Positions 37,763 through 50,600 of a stretch of 64,000 nt of DNA are shown here, piece after piece. The stretch's first letter is position 1. Each line of letters starts with the position of its first letter. The notes under the pieces are model-generated. The model worked only from the letters and a program-made list of their open reading frames with translations. It was not told the origin of the DNA and ran no database searches. Both the position numbers and the translations under genes were made by a program. This DNA comes from a virus, in the IMG/VR virus record IMGVR_UViG_3300042940_003205, positions 1 through 64,000 of that record; one strand, written 5' to 3'.

Positions 37763-39269
37763 AATTTGATATCAAAAGCGGTTCAAAATTTGCAACAAAG
37801 TTATTAGAACTATCTTTCAATGCTGCAGCTCCGCCATCTCCACTATAACCAACTTTTACTATGCTGTTATAATTTATCTTATTGTAAAGCGATAACTTTA
37901 CATCTGTTGAAAAAGTAATTCCCAATCCTGTTGCTGATTTTATAGGAGTAAATTGGCCATCTATTGAAACGTTAAAAGTTTGAATTCCTGTAGACGGCAA
38001 CATTGGTCTAGAGTTATTTTCTGTAAATTTCAAATAAATATCTTGCCCATTTTTATCTATATAACTATTTGTTGTATCCAATGTAGGAGCAGTAGTATCT
38101 GTCAAAATATTTGATGCTTTTATTGGACTTGATAAACTTGCAACCTTATTGGCGTTAGAAGTTCTATCTGTAATAAAATTAGAGACAGGCTGGGTGTAAT
38201 TTACTGTGACTATATCTTCGGGCCCATAATAAGAAGACATTGTTAGTAGATAAACTGTTGTTGCTACTCCGCTAAATACTAAAGCTGAAGCACCAATACT
38301 TGAAATTGTTTTTGCAACATTTGTATATGAAACTCCAAAGCCTGTAGGAGATTCTGGAGTCGTAGTTGTAGACATTCTTACATAAACAATATTTCCAGAA
38401 ACTCCAGTACCAGTGTAAGCCTGAGTAATTCTAGGTAAAAATGTAGTGCTTGTTAAGTTTGTTACTGCATTACCGGCAAAAGAAACAGCATATGTCAAGC
38501 CAGTTCCAGTACTATCCTTAATTTTATAAAAATCAGAAATAGGCTGTGTGTAGGTTAAAGTAACTGGATTGGTTGAGTCATCAACTCCTAATCTGGAATT
38601 AAGATCAAGAACAATCACTTTGCCATTTGTTGCGCTAGCTGGATCTAAAACATAAGCACTTGAAATTGCAATACCAGAACCGTTCTGACTTACTGCAAAA
38701 CCACTTATGCTAGTAATTGGAAGAAGGGGTGGAGTAGCCTCTGTGTAATAAACGTAAACTTTTGTTCCGTCTGTGCTTGTGGTTGAATAATTATATAGAG
38801 GGGCATTTGCTTCTTTGGTAAGATTTGTTATGCCTACTCCTGTAAATGATGTTACAAATGATTTTTGTGTATCGTTGTCAGATAATTTTGTAACTGTGCT
38901 GCCAAATCCAGTAGAGTCATAAGAAACAAATACTGTTTGAGCAGTTAAGGCTACCCCACTTCCATTATACGAAGAATCTACAATTCTGTCAGAATCTGCT
39001 AAAATTAACTGTAATGTCTTTGGTGAACTGGCATCAATAAAAGTGGACGAAGGAGTTACAGTGGTTGCAATAGCTCCAAATTTTTTCGTTACAGAAAATC
39101 TTAATTGTAATCCAGTGGCAGGTTCAAGTCCAGTGCTATCTATATCTTCAAAGTTTAAATAAATTCTTTTTCCATCAAATGAGGTGTATGATAGATTAGT
39201 CAAACTTGTAGAGATTCCAGGACTAGCACCACTGAAAGCTATGAATGTATTTCTTAAATCTTCGCTCAT
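37752..39269 (-). CDS. Protein built from four SwmB-like Ig repeats
   Basis: Repeats of DG.K.YL.F.E...VT..Y.QP...I.D..G...SF....V.N. Confidence 0.6.
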   Translation of the reverse strand: MSEDLRNTFIAFSGASPGISTSLTNLSYTSFDGKRIYLNFEDIDSTGLEPATGLQLRFSVTKKFGAIATTVTPSSTFIDASSPKTLQLILADSDRIVDSSYNGSGVALTAQTVFVSYDSTGFGSTVTKLSDNDTQKSFVTSFTGVGITNLTKEANAPLYNYSTTSTDGTKVYVYYTEATPPLLPITSISGFAVSQNGSGIAISSAYVLDPASATNGKVIVLDLNSRLGVDDSTNPVTLTYTQPISDFYKIKDSTGTGLTYAVSFAGNAVTNLTSTTFLPRITQAYTGTGVSGNIVYVRMSTTTTPESPTGFGVSYTNVAKTISSIGASALVFSGVATTVYLLTMSSYYGPEDIVTVNYTQPVSNFITDRTSNANKVASLSSPIKASNILTDTTAPTLDTTNSYIDKNGQDIYLKFTENNSRPMLPSTGIQTFNVSIDGQFTPIKSATGLGITFSTDVKLSLYNKINYNSIVKVGYSGDGGAAALKDSSNNFVANFEPLLISNYGV

Positions 39270-42235
39270 TATGGTTTGATATTTCCGTAGTGTCCGCTCA
39301 AGAACAATTTGCCCTTATAACTTATTGCTGTTAATGGTCTTATAACACCGTACAAAGTGTAGTTTCCAGCATTGTCAAATACTTTTTTTCTTTCAAATGT
39401 AATATCTTCTAAGAACCAACTTTCAGCGTTAGAGTTATAGTAGAAAATTTTACTTTGTCTATCATTTGGATTTTCAGAAATTTTACTACTAATAAATCCA
39501 TCAGTAGCACTATATAATGTTCCATCGTGGTAAGTGAATAACCTAATTCCACCTGTTGAAGGAAGAACTACAGATTGATTAAAATCAATTACTTTATAGT
39601 TTGTGGGCTCATATTTTTCACCAACAATGAAAGATACATCTGAATATCCAACTAAAGAATTTCCAGCATCATTATATAATTTTCCAAACTGAATGTATGG
39701 GTGATCATAATCATTAGAATTAGCTGTCGAATCTAAATATTTCGGATTATATGTGTCTAGAGAAATAAAATTTTTCTTTTCAATAAATGGATTTTTTTGT
39801 TGACCAAGATAAATCTTTATATCTCTATCTTCAACAATCCATCTTATTTTAGAAAGCTTGTTATTAATATCAAAGACATCTTCGTTAGATTGAATCTGTA
39901 TTAAATCTATAAAAATTTCGTCTGGTCTCTCATTATTTTCTGGAAGATCTGTAAACTCTATCTGCAATTTCCCAATAGTTCCCTTCCAAATAGGTGAGAT
40001 TTTATATTGAATATAATCATCAGATGTATGTAATGCTGTTTCTGCGCTTATGTTAAAAATTCCACCATCATAAGCCCAATAAGCTTTGATCTTTCCAAGA
40101 CACAACACTTTTGATTTTGGTTTCGCTTTGACACGAATTGAAATAACTGAATTTAAATCAACATCCAAACTCAAGTTATCAATAACTATGGATGGGTTGC
40201 CAGTCAAAGCTGGAATAATTTTTAAGACATATTTGCTATATGAATCATTGAAAACATCATAGTTTATTTCTGTAGTTGCTGTTAGTTCTGTGATAAATTG
40301 ACCAATAGCCCAAGACTGTACATCAGAAGAAACTGTACCGTTAGAAACAGAATAGAACTGCCAATCTGCTACTAGACCAGTTGTTGTTAAAGTCTTTTCA
40401 ACAGAATTCATTCCACTTGATAATTTCAATGTTGTAGAATTGAATTCTATAGAGTATTGACCGTAAAGATCTGCAATTTGGAAACCTTGATATCCAATAA
40501 GTGAATTTGTTGGAATTTGTTCTGAACTATTTAATGTAGTTTCATTACGCAAATCTGATGAAGTGGCGGCTTGACTTGTATTTAAGTTTATAACTTTAGT
40601 TTCAAATGTGTAACTTGGTTTATAAACAACAAAATTTCCAGATAATAAATAATTAGAATAATTTAATAAATATCTATTTCCTGTGTTGATATATCCTGTT
40701 TCAATGTAAAAACCTAAAACTGTACTACCCGAAACGATGTATTGTGTAATATTTACTAATGATGGAGTATTATTGACCCCATTATAAACATAGACACCAT
40801 TATAAATACCATTAGTGCCAGATGAAGTTTGATCTTTTAGTAGAAACAAGTCATTTATTACAAGATCGTGTCCATCAATTGAAGTGAAATTATTCCAACT
40901 TGATATTGCTTCCCAAGATGCGCATTTCACATCAATATAGTTTTGGCTTGGAAGATTAGCTCTTAATAGTTGTTCCCAATCAGATCCTTCAGAAATTTCA
41001 TATAATCTAGATCCAAAAGCAGTAGCACCAGTAGAAGATACTGTATTTCCCTTAATTACCAAAAATTCGTTAAATTGTTTAGGATTGTTATCTTGTGGAA
41101 ATCTTGCAATAGCTACATTGTCATCATTTCTAGATAAGATATTGCTGTCATATGAATAATATTGTGCTGGAGCTGGATCATTCATAAAAACTTCATCAAA
41201 CCTTATAGTAGTCCAACTTTCATCAGTTTCTGGATTTGATAATGGTATTTCAGAATAGGACCAAATTTCTGGCTTTTTGTCTATTCCAGCTAATACTTGG
41301 TTTTTTCCAACTGATAAGCATCTAATACCAAAATCTATTGCTTCATAATCAGTAATATTGTTTGAAATGATGGTAGATGTTTCTAAAGATTCTGTTTCAG
41401 TTTCTTTAATAATCACTTCTTCTGTAATTAAATTTGTAGGCTCTGATAATGAAATTGAAAGTGATCTTGAATATCTGTGTATTTTTTTATTTAAACAACC
41501 CAAGAATAATTTATTGTAAGCAGAAACCATAGAAAGAATGCCACCAGAATTTGAAGCTAATTCTCCAGATGGATAAACTTGCTCCCATTGACTTCCACTA
41601 TATGCAGTGCTTAATTTCGATCTAAATAATCTTGGTAATTGATCAGAAGCAACATACAAATATGATTCAGCTTCGTGTTCAAATTTATGTGTAATCATAG
41701 ATGAAGCGGATAAATCTACACTATTTTCTTGAAGAATAAAAATAGGCCCACTTACATATTCGCCATTATAAAACCAAATTTTTCCAGATACACCAGCTAA
41801 ATAAATTCCGTCATCAGAAGCAATCATAGAAGTAATTGCTCTTTCACCCTGATTAGAAAAGTCAATAATTTTTTCAAAAGATACAAGATTAGCTGTATGT
41901 ATTGAAGCGTAATATCTTTCTAAAACTACATTGATAGTAGAAGCAGTAATAGGAGTTTGGAAAATTAGATAATTCTTATAATCATCAACACCATAATTTA
42001 CAGAAGAGTTTACAGTAAGTTCGTCTTGTGAATTTACTTTGTAGATTCTTCCTAAATCATCTGAATTGGTGCCAACAAGTTTAAAAGCAGTTCCAGCAGC
42101 GTAGGCAGGATCTAAACTGTCTACTAAGGAAATATTTGTAATTCTTTTCTTTGTGATTCCAGAAAAGTATAATATTTTCTCGCTATCGTTAGGACCTTTC
42201 CAAGAACAACTAGCAGTAAAAATTGTTGGCACCAT
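39269..42235 (-). CDS. Virion structural protein (988 aa) with beta-propeller and jelly-roll segments
   Basis: SAYNKLFLG / YKGKLFLSG blades, one LLKDQ...NGIY module, [12 protein letters not shown]; TAATG-coupled at both ends. Confidence 0.6.
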   Translation of the reverse strand: MVPTIFTASCSWKGPNDSEKILYFSGITKKRITNISLVDSLDPAYAAGTAFKLVGTNSDDLGRIYKVNSQDELTVNSSVNYGVDDYKNYLIFQTPITASTINVVLERYYASIHTANLVSFEKIIDFSNQGERAITSMIASDDGIYLAGVSGKIWFYNGEYVSGPIFILQENSVDLSASSMITHKFEHEAESYLYVASDQLPRLFRSKLSTAYSGSQWEQVYPSGELASNSGGILSMVSAYNKLFLGCLNKKIHRYSRSLSISLSEPTNLITEEVIIKETETESLETSTIISNNITDYEAIDFGIRCLSVGKNQVLAGIDKKPEIWSYSEIPLSNPETDESWTTIRFDEVFMNDPAPAQYYSYDSNILSRNDDNVAIARFPQDNNPKQFNEFLVIKGNTVSSTGATAFGSRLYEISEGSDWEQLLRANLPSQNYIDVKCASWEAISSWNNFTSIDGHDLVINDLFLLKDQTSSGTNGIYNGVYVYNGVNNTPSLVNITQYIVSGSTVLGFYIETGYINTGNRYLLNYSNYLLSGNFVVYKPSYTFETKVINLNTSQAATSSDLRNETTLNSSEQIPTNSLIGYQGFQIADLYGQYSIEFNSTTLKLSSGMNSVEKTLTTTGLVADWQFYSVSNGTVSSDVQSWAIGQFITELTATTEINYDVFNDSYSKYVLKIIPALTGNPSIVIDNLSLDVDLNSVISIRVKAKPKSKVLCLGKIKAYWAYDGGIFNISAETALHTSDDYIQYKISPIWKGTIGKLQIEFTDLPENNERPDEIFIDLIQIQSNEDVFDINNKLSKIRWIVEDRDIKIYLGQQKNPFIEKKNFISLDTYNPKYLDSTANSNDYDHPYIQFGKLYNDAGNSLVGYSDVSFIVGEKYEPTNYKVIDFNQSVVLPSTGGIRLFTYHDGTLYSATDGFISSKISENPNDRQSKIFYYNSNAESWFLEDITFERKKVFDNAGNYTLYGVIRPLTAISYKGKLFLSGHYGNIKP

Positions 42236-45200
42236 TATACTTTTGGTCTCCTAATTGCATTCCACTTAACTTCAGGTTGTGTAATATTATTTCCAAAATC
42301 TCTAAATTTAATTTCGACTTTTTTAACTCCATCACTTTCGCCTGTAAAATCAACCTTTACATATGAAGAGTAAGGTATCCATTCTGACCAATCACCATTT
42401 CCAGAATCTAATAATCTTCTTATTTGGAAGTCTTTTATGCCAGTTACTAAGTCAAAACCATCAATTTTCATCCAAGATTCAGGCAAGTTAGATAAAAAAG
42501 TTTCTTGATTTGTTTTAGGATTAAAGAAATTAACTGTTCCATAAGGTTCTTGTGTGTCAACTAATGCTTGAGAAGTGGCGACAAAACTTAATGGATTAGA
42601 TTCAGAAACATTACCCATATAATCCATTAATTGCACCCAGATTTTTCTTTGACCAGAAAATCCAATATTTTGATTTTGGAATGCTGTGTTTTGTGGTCCT
42701 AATGCATAATAATTCAAATGACCATAAAGATATAAATAATATGAATTTTCGCTGTTAATTATAAATTTATTCCAGGGTAACCAAGATGTGTAGTTTATAA
42801 AAGAATTATCTATTTCTTTTCCAACTCTAAATGCAAGAATTCCAGAGTCATTATCTTCTGCTTGAATTGATAATTGCACCATTCTCAGAGTAGATTCTGT
42901 AGCAACCAAAATGTTCGGTGCTTGTCCAAGATAAGATGGAGCATTAATGTCAACTCTTGATACGCTACTTAATTTAGTAGGGTAACTTGAAATATTACCG
43001 TGAGAAATTGCTCTCACTCTATACTGGATTGCATTATTTTGAGTAGAATTAGCTGCCTTTTCCTCATATTTAGTATGAAGTTTATGCCAAAGGTTGTTTG
43101 CTCTTCTATATCCAGTAAATTCGCCATTTTGAATATAGTCAACATCAGAAAGTTCTATACCATTAGCTCTGCCAAGTGCTGAGTTAAACGGTGCAGATAT
43201 AGCTACCCAAATTACATCAGATTGAGAAATATTACTATTCCAATCTGAATCATCTAATTTCACTTGAACTAAATTATTATTAGGACTATTGGTAAATCCT
43301 GCTAGAAATGGATTGTAAGAAATAGATTTCCAAGATGTCAATGGATTACTGTAGTCTGGTAAAGAACCAATATTTCCAAAGAATCTTATTTTTAATTGGT
43401 CCATTGGGAAAGATTTATCATTAGCATCCCAATGTAATTTAAATTCAAATAATTTTGGTTTTGTTGAAGATACAAAACTTGAAATTTCACCAATAGTTAT
43501 AGATTTAAAGAAAGTAGTGCTTATAAATCTGTCAACTAAATTACCATTGAATGTAACATTGGATTTGTACCAATTTGTGTTAGCATTTATGGTTCCTCCA
43601 GTAACTCTCAAAGGCATATTGTAATCTGTAGTGGTTATAGCGAATCCTGAAACAGATTTGATATAAACTCCATTTTCAGTGTTGTCTATTTGATCTTTGA
43701 CAAGAATCTTACTTCCAACTGTTAGAGATGACAGTGCAGTTCCATCGATTGTCAAAGAAGTTATGTTAGTAATTGAAATATTAGTACCAGTAGTTGTTAA
43801 AGAAATCTGATCTGGAGTTGGTTGTGTAGCACTAAATGTCAAATTAGAAGTTCCTAAAGTAATAGGATCAGGTGTTGTTAAATACCATTTTGTACTAGCC
43901 AAATTATAATCCATTGGAATTCTAACAAGCATTCCTGGATAAACTTCTTCGCTAGCATTCATTTCAGAAACTCTATCTAATCTCCAAGTTGTTGTTGCTG
44001 TTCCAACTCTTGATTGATAATAAACGCCATTTTGTGATGTAGTTGCTTGACCTGCTACAAAGACATAATCTGATGTAGACGTTACAAAACCACCATTTAA
44101 AACTAAAGTGCCAGCAGTTCCAGCACTCAATCTATTAGATGAATATGTTGGAGTGTTTGGTAATGGTGTGAAACTATAATATTTAGCATCAAGAGTTAAT
44201 TTTGGTAAAGTACTTGCAGTCTCATATTGAAAGTCAATTAAGTCAGTTAGCCCACTTAATAATTTTTGACCCAAATAGTGCTTTGAATTTGTAAATCCTT
44301 CGTCTGACAAAAGTGTAGTTTTGATTGTACTATCATTATCAAATTGCTCTTTGAACAAATTGGGAATTCCAGACCATTTAAGATCTTGGAAATATGTAGA
44401 GCCATCAGAATTATAAGAGCTTTTTCTTACACCAAAACTAGCAAAATAGCCTAATCCTGAAGTGTTTGAGTTGATAGGTAAAAGCATATCAACAACACCA
44501 ACAACATTGATACCACTTCCGGTAAGTTCCTTAACTAGCAAGAATGTTCCAGTATATGTTTTGTTCTTGAATCTACCAGTGTAAGAATTTGGTAATTGAT
44601 CTGTAATTTCAAATAAGAATTTTGTAATATCTGCTTGAGGCTGATATGATCTTAATACTTGTCTCTTAAGTTTGTTATCTTCGCCTCTGTAGGAAACAGA
44701 AATTTCATTCTTTTCTCCACTAAACTTAACTAAAATAGTTGGAGCATTAAGTGGAGCATCAGAATAAGCAAATCCATCATCACATCTTACGCCAAAAGGT
44801 CTATCCCAATTTACGGTGAGATTGTTCTGAGTATGTGATCTGTATGAGGAAACTGAACTAAAAGCAACATATACATCATCAGATCCGTGTTTGAAAGCTA
44901 ATTCAAATCTACATCTGTTGCTTAAGGATGGTTTATATAATTGAAGTTCATAATGTACTGGAACTGCATATGTCCCTGTGCTATCCAACTTGTCAATTTC
45001 ATATAACTGAGGGGTAACATTAGTAGTGAAAGTTAAATCAGAAGGAGCATCAGTAAGTACAATAAAATCTTCATTTACAGAATCACTCCAGCCATACTCG
45101 ATTTCTGTCACTGGTGAATTAATAATTGATATGTCATCATTAGTACAGTCACCAATGTCAATAGAAAGTTTAGATTTTCCCTGAGCTATAAATAGCTCCT

Positions 45201-46587
45201 CAAGAACTAATCCGCCAGAAAAAGTTGTTCCTGTAGCTTGGGAAATTTGATAGCCGAAAGCACTACCTACAGATGAACTACCAAAAGATGTCAAAATAGC
45301 ATTGCCTAACAAATAACTCTTCTTTGATGCTACAGATTGATCTAAATATGGTGTGTAATAAGCTTCTACCATACATAAATTTGTAGTACCCATTGAGGAG
45401 TAATACATTTCCATAACACCGCCGGATTGTAATAACGGTAGAATACTGTGAGGTAATGTAGTAGTTTGTTTGCTAGCACTGTCTGAACCATTTATTCTTG
45501 TGTAAAGATATGCTATAGGATTGTCATTGTTTGGTATATCTACTCTACAAACAATTTCATTACCATTTGCACTTGTATCAGGAGCAGCATAAAGTTTCAT
45601 AAATGCTTGTGAAGTTACTGCAACTCCAGAAGTTGTGAATGAAAATCCAGCTTGTGTATAGAAATCAGTTTTGTTTGTAGATGATGCTAATTTTGTTCTG
45701 CTGTAGAAAAATGCACCTTTACCATAACTTGCACTTGTTAGTCCAATGTTTGCACCTAAAGAAAGTGATGAAGAAGAATAATTTCCATCAAAATATCTAA
45801 ATGTATTAAGGGTTGTAGATGCTATTGAAGCTGATGGGATAAGTGTTCTTTTGACACTATTACGAGCAGAATAAGCATCGTATGTTCCACCAGTATTAGA
45901 AATTTCATATACACTTGCTACATATCTTCCAATTCCTGAAGATTCTGTTTGTGCTGCTACTTGATTTCCACTTACAAAAGATAAGAGTGTATTTTTGCCA
46001 GTATATCCAGTTTTTGCACTTGGAATTTCTGGAAAATCAGGATTTACGGGTATTTGTCCTTCCCACCTAATTTGATCAAAAATTCCATAACCCATTGGAT
46101 ACTCAATATCGGTACCATTGGGGCCTTCAAGCACTGCCTTCATATAAACAGTTGAAAGACCACCAGATGCGCTTAAAGGCCAATTGTAAACCTTGAATAA
46201 ACCAGTACCAGCTATTGGAGCGGCCATTGTTCCTTGATTTAATGTGGTGTCAAAGAAATATAATGGGTTTAAGGTGTACTCATAGTCATAGTCAGGATCA
46301 TAAACATAAGAGCTTGAGGGCCAGTTAGATATGGCTATAGTTGATGTTGAATCAAATTCTGGATCATTTGAAAGATACAGAGTTTTTATTCTTCTTAAAT
46401 AGGATAACTCACGGGTGCCACTATCTCTTACTTCAAAACTAAAAGTAAGAGTATTTTTATTATTATCAAGTGTAGGATCTTTAGAATATGAATTGCTAGA
46501 GTAAGGTTCACCTAGATTAATAAATTCAGATTGAAGATATCCACTTGTAAGATTATTGGGTAAAATTATTGAAACGTTATATGGCAC
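42235..46587 (-). CDS. Virion structural protein (1450 aa) with two LVKxQ modules and C-terminal Ig-like repeats
   Basis: VFVAGQATTSQNGVY, ILVKDQIDNTENGVY; DxxSGI...WxPW...KIWVQLMDYMGN and ...KKVEIKFRDFGN; GTG start. Confidence 0.6.
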   Translation of the reverse strand: MPYNVSIILPNNLTSGYLQSEFINLGEPYSSNSYSKDPTLDNNKNTLTFSFEVRDSGTRELSYLRRIKTLYLSNDPEFDSTSTIAISNWPSSSYVYDPDYDYEYTLNPLYFFDTTLNQGTMAAPIAGTGLFKVYNWPLSASGGLSTVYMKAVLEGPNGTDIEYPMGYGIFDQIRWEGQIPVNPDFPEIPSAKTGYTGKNTLLSFVSGNQVAAQTESSGIGRYVASVYEISNTGGTYDAYSARNSVKRTLIPSASIASTTLNTFRYFDGNYSSSSLSLGANIGLTSASYGKGAFFYSRTKLASSTNKTDFYTQAGFSFTTSGVAVTSQAFMKLYAAPDTSANGNEIVCRVDIPNNDNPIAYLYTRINGSDSASKQTTTLPHSILPLLQSGGVMEMYYSSMGTTNLCMVEAYYTPYLDQSVASKKSYLLGNAILTSFGSSSVGSAFGYQISQATGTTFSGGLVLEELFIAQGKSKLSIDIGDCTNDDISIINSPVTEIEYGWSDSVNEDFIVLTDAPSDLTFTTNVTPQLYEIDKLDSTGTYAVPVHYELQLYKPSLSNRCRFELAFKHGSDDVYVAFSSVSSYRSHTQNNLTVNWDRPFGVRCDDGFAYSDAPLNAPTILVKFSGEKNEISVSYRGEDNKLKRQVLRSYQPQADITKFLFEITDQLPNSYTGRFKNKTYTGTFLLVKELTGSGINVVGVVDMLLPINSNTSGLGYFASFGVRKSSYNSDGSTYFQDLKWSGIPNLFKEQFDNDSTIKTTLLSDEGFTNSKHYLGQKLLSGLTDLIDFQYETASTLPKLTLDAKYYSFTPLPNTPTYSSNRLSAGTAGTLVLNGGFVTSTSDYVFVAGQATTSQNGVYYQSRVGTATTTWRLDRVSEMNASEEVYPGMLVRIPMDYNLASTKWYLTTPDPITLGTSNLTFSATQPTPDQISLTTTGTNISITNITSLTIDGTALSSLTVGSKILVKDQIDNTENGVYIKSVSGFAITTTDYNMPLRVTGGTINANTNWYKSNVTFNGNLVDRFISTTFFKSITIGEISSFVSSTKPKLFEFKLHWDANDKSFPMDQLKIRFFGNIGSLPDYSNPLTSWKSISYNPFLAGFTNSPNNNLVQVKLDDSDWNSNISQSDVIWVAISAPFNSALGRANGIELSDVDYIQNGEFTGYRRANNLWHKLHTKYEEKAANSTQNNAIQYRVRAISHGNISSYPTKLSSVSRVDINAPSYLGQAPNILVATESTLRMVQLSIQAEDNDSGILAFRVGKEIDNSFINYTSWLPWNKFIINSENSYYLYLYGHLNYYALGPQNTAFQNQNIGFSGQRKIWVQLMDYMGNVSESNPLSFVATSQALVDTQEPYGTVNFFNPKTNQETFLSNLPESWMKIDGFDLVTGIKDFQIRRLLDSGNGDWSEWIPYSSYVKVDFTGESDGVKKVEIKFRDFGNNITQPEVKWNAIRRPKV

Positions 46588-46617
46588 TTGTAACCACCGC
46601 TAAACAGGGAATATTAA

Positions 46618-46648
46618 AATATTCTTTGCCAGCCGATGTAGCCCCTAT
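46618..46648 (-). promoter_or_regulatory. Putative late promoter ATAGG-N17-AAGAATATT
   Basis: Consensus copy heading the 46587-25691 gene run. Confidence 0.5.
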
Positions 46649-47610
46649 AAAAGTTGAAAATCAAACTGGAAAGGTATTGATTTTTGTACAGTTAATGGGC
46701 AATGTACATCAAAATACATAAATCCATCTACATAATCTATATTGTTGTATCTGCCCTGCTTATAAAAAGTGTATGAAGCAGAATACACTGATATGTCATT
46801 AGTTGAGTCAGAAGAAACAAAATACATATCAACATACACTGGTGCTTTCACTGTATCCAGGCCATTAGGAAGATAAACCTTGAGTTGCAGATTAGGTGAA
46901 ATATCTCCAGCAGAAAGAGTACTTTCTATAATTGTATTACAAAATATTTTAAAATAAATTGTTTTAGACACTGGACCAAAACCAGTATTATAATATTCGA
47001 TATCATCTGTTGAAGAGTTTGCGTCAATCAATGCTGGAACAGTGGAAATAACAGGGTTTCCTTGTCTTACTGGTCTTGGCATAGACAAAGCTGAATCATC
47101 ATAACTTCCAATAGAAAATTCAGGCATTTTGCAAGTGTCATCTATAATAAATGGGTTGGTTGCATTAAAGGCTTTAAAATTTTGAGATTCAAAACTCTTA
47201 GCGAAAAAGTTTAATTCAGAAACCATCAAACTATTATCAGGTTTATCTAAAATAATGATCAATGTGTCATTAGATTCAAAACTATATTTTGTATTTTTAA
47301 AATCAATTACATAATCCTTATCACCCTTAGAAAAAATTATGTAATTATTATGGATTTCAATAATAGAATCAAACTTAAATTTAAGTGATACAAATTGGAT
47401 ATAAGAAATTACTTTTTCAAAATTTATTTCAAGAAAATTTTCTGAAATATTTAAATTTGCAACAGTTTGTTTTTTCAATAACAATCTTATATTGCTATCA
47501 TTTTGACTAATTAAATAATTTTTATCATAAGATATAAATTCAAATGATAAAATATTTTCATCGTCAACTACGTTTACTGTTGGTTTATTGTTTTCTATTT
47601 GAAGATTCAT
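46645..47610 (-). CDS. Hypothetical protein, probably structural
   Basis: 321-aa ORF in the tail gene block; no recognisable motif. Confidence 0.55.
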   Translation of the reverse strand: MNLQIENNKPTVNVVDDENILSFEFISYDKNYLISQNDSNIRLLLKKQTVANLNISENFLEINFEKVISYIQFVSLKFKFDSIIEIHNNYIIFSKGDKDYVIDFKNTKYSFESNDTLIIILDKPDNSLMVSELNFFAKSFESQNFKAFNATNPFIIDDTCKMPEFSIGSYDDSALSMPRPVRQGNPVISTVPALIDANSSTDDIEYYNTGFGPVSKTIYFKIFCNTIIESTLSAGDISPNLQLKVYLPNGLDTVKAPVYVDMYFVSSDSTNDISVYSASYTFYKQGRYNNIDYVDGFMYFDVHCPLTVQKSIPFQFDFQLL

Positions 47611-47613
47611 AAT

Positions 47614-50600
47614 TTATTCCGATATCAAAATATTGTCATTTGAGATAATACGCATACCTTTAGGGTGGAATAACTCATTATTATCTCCCCAAGTTGATAA
47701 TATTGTTCCAGAATTATTAACTAAATGCAATCTTGAATTTGCGCCAAAGTTAATTACATCATCAGTTAAAACATAGAAGTTAGAATAGTCTGTTGCTGGT
47801 CCTGGAAGTGCTTTGATTACATCATTATTAAATGTAAGTTTAGTTTCAATATAGCCATTAGAAACATTGTAAACTTGTAATTTTCCAGTGTCATTTGTAT
47901 CTGATGCTGGGCTACCTAAAAGAACATTACCATTGGCAAGCAAATATGCAGATCCTAACTTGTTATCATAATAGTTGACAATATCTGATGTAATAGCCCA
48001 TTTCAATGTTAATTCTGTGTCATCTACATAGCACAACACCGAATTGTAATGAGGTTGAGCAATTACAACAAGTGAATCTGCTTCATCATATTGAACAGAG
48101 AGTGGATTGTAGATGTTGGCAAAATATATTGGTCCTTGCAACAAATCTAAAATAATATTATCCGTTTGAGAATTTGGACCATACATTGCAGTGGTTGATA
48201 CAACACCATCACCATTATAGTCAGTAACAGAATTTACAACATTAGTAGTAGCAGGCAATCCTGTAGTAATTGTTGATGTGCCTGTAATTGATGTGCTTAT
48301 ACCAGCTACAAATTGTTCTGTCCTATTAGTTGTTGAGACTGTTGAAGTTGGAATAGTTGCTGACAATACTGTATTTGTATTTATAGAAGATCCAGAATTT
48401 GTAAAGCATCCTTTATCCAATCTAACCTTTTTTGTAAGAGCATTACTTATAGCTGTGTTTAAAGCAATTCCTTCAACTGTATTGTTGATAGTAAATACGT
48501 ATGTTGCAGAAGAATCAAATATTGGTTCTAAATAATCGCCAGAAAGCCTAGTATCATCTCCTCTTACAGAAATGTTATTATAAGTGATATAAATTTTTGT
48601 CAAATCTACAAATGATATATTTTGCGAGAAAGCAATATAGATTTTTCTTGTTTCTGGATTAAATGAAGCAGACAAAGCGACAAAGTCTCTGGAAGTGAGT
48701 TTAAGCCTTATATTACCTTGAATTAATTTTGTGAATACTCCATTGATATCTGTCATTATAATTCTGTCATTCTTACTATCACAAATTATATTTCCACCTG
48801 TAGGCAATGATTGATAGTCAGTAGGTGTATCCAAACCATAATTTGTAGACTTCAGAAAAATCTGATTAGGGGTAAGATAATTTCTCAAGGTTCCAGCATC
48901 AATTCCATCTTCTACTGTTGTTTCAAGAACATTACTTGCTGCAGATATTAAGTTATTGTTTCTTAAGTAAATCCAATTTCCTACGTTTGAAGTATCAAAG
49001 ATTCTTAAATAGTTTGTATTGTCTGGATTTGTAATTCCGTATCCAGCATTTTTGTTATAGTAAACATCACTTACCCAACCAAATTTTTGATTTGTAGTAT
49101 CAGTAAGATTTCTGTCATAAGTTCTAGTTGTAGCACTACCAACAGTTGAATAGTTGATTCTTAAATTATTTACAATTGGAGCTAAACTCTGAAATTCATT
49201 GGAATAAAGTGAGAACAATACATCCAAGTATCTTCCAGTGCTTGAACTTGTATTTGGGGTAGCGATAATTACATCAGTTTCAGAAACAGTTTTAAAATTA
49301 TAGAAAAGATCTGAACTAACATTAGATCTACTTTGTATAGTATATTTAGTTCCCAAAGGAACATCAATATCATACTGTATTTGATTGTATTGGGTATTTG
49401 AATCTCCAGAGTCAAATCTCATTAAAAAATTAGCATTCTTATATCTATATGTGTCATTCCAAACGAAAACAGCAGAAGTTTGATCTGTGGTATTTCTTCT
49501 TGCTAATACTAAACTATCATTGCTGCCTGATGCGTTAATCTGTGCATCTGTTGGGGTGAGTAATTCAAATTTTGTTTGCTTTTCAGCGTTCCACCCTTGA
49601 TCTGTTGAAAAATAAAAACCAAAACCCAAAACTGAAGATTTTAAACTACTATCACCAAAATCAGATAAATTTATAGAAGAATATGTTGCTGTTGAACCTA
49701 TATATCCATAAGTTGTGTCATCAAATATCTTCACACTTGTTGCTGGAGTTATATAAATCGTCGAATATCCAGTTCCAGTATTAGGAGCAAAATCAATTTT
49801 TTGATCATATTGTAAATTTGGATCTGTACTTCCATTACCAACAACCAAGAACATATAAATTTTACCTAAAGCTGCACCTGTTTCTCCAAGACCTGCAGAA
49901 AAACCAAATCCAACTTTAGAATTTAAATCCAAAGATACTGGTTGATTGAAAAGAGTGTAAGCATATAAACTAGTATCAACCTTTACTTTGTTTGAAGTGT
50001 AAGTAGTTGTAAAAACTAACCCTGTGTCCCAAGATCCAGTTGTGTCAAAAACGCTTGAAACTGGCTGCGTAAGTGTCAAGTAGTTCAAAGGAGTATCTAT
50101 TGTGAAGCTACCTGTTGTTGCTGAGCCTGAAATAATAATATTACTAAAGAATGAGTTGGTAGTAGATCCCAAAGATGCTGCTACTGTTTTAGCTTGCAAG
50201 AAATCATTCTGTACTACAAAAGATTTATCTCCCACAAAGCTGCTTGATGTGACAGAACCACTAATTCCTGACCCTGATGCGTTTGGAGCAGTGTCATAAA
50301 TTGTTGCTAAAGTATATTGGCTTGGTACTGATGTAGTTTGCTTAAAATTAGCAGAATTACCAGTTGAAGAGTTTGCCGAAGTGTTTGGGTAAATACCTGG
50401 AACATAAGTTAAGGTATTTATTTGCGTTGAGTCAATAAAAGTAAATCCAACTCCACCGGATTTTTTTAAAGCTATCAACATTTGTAATCTGTTAGCTATT
50501 GAAAGATCTGACATCTTGTCATTAGCATCATTGTTTACAACAGCCAATAAAGCAGTTTCTAATTGATCGTGTGTTAAATTGCCTTTATCTTCTAAACTAT

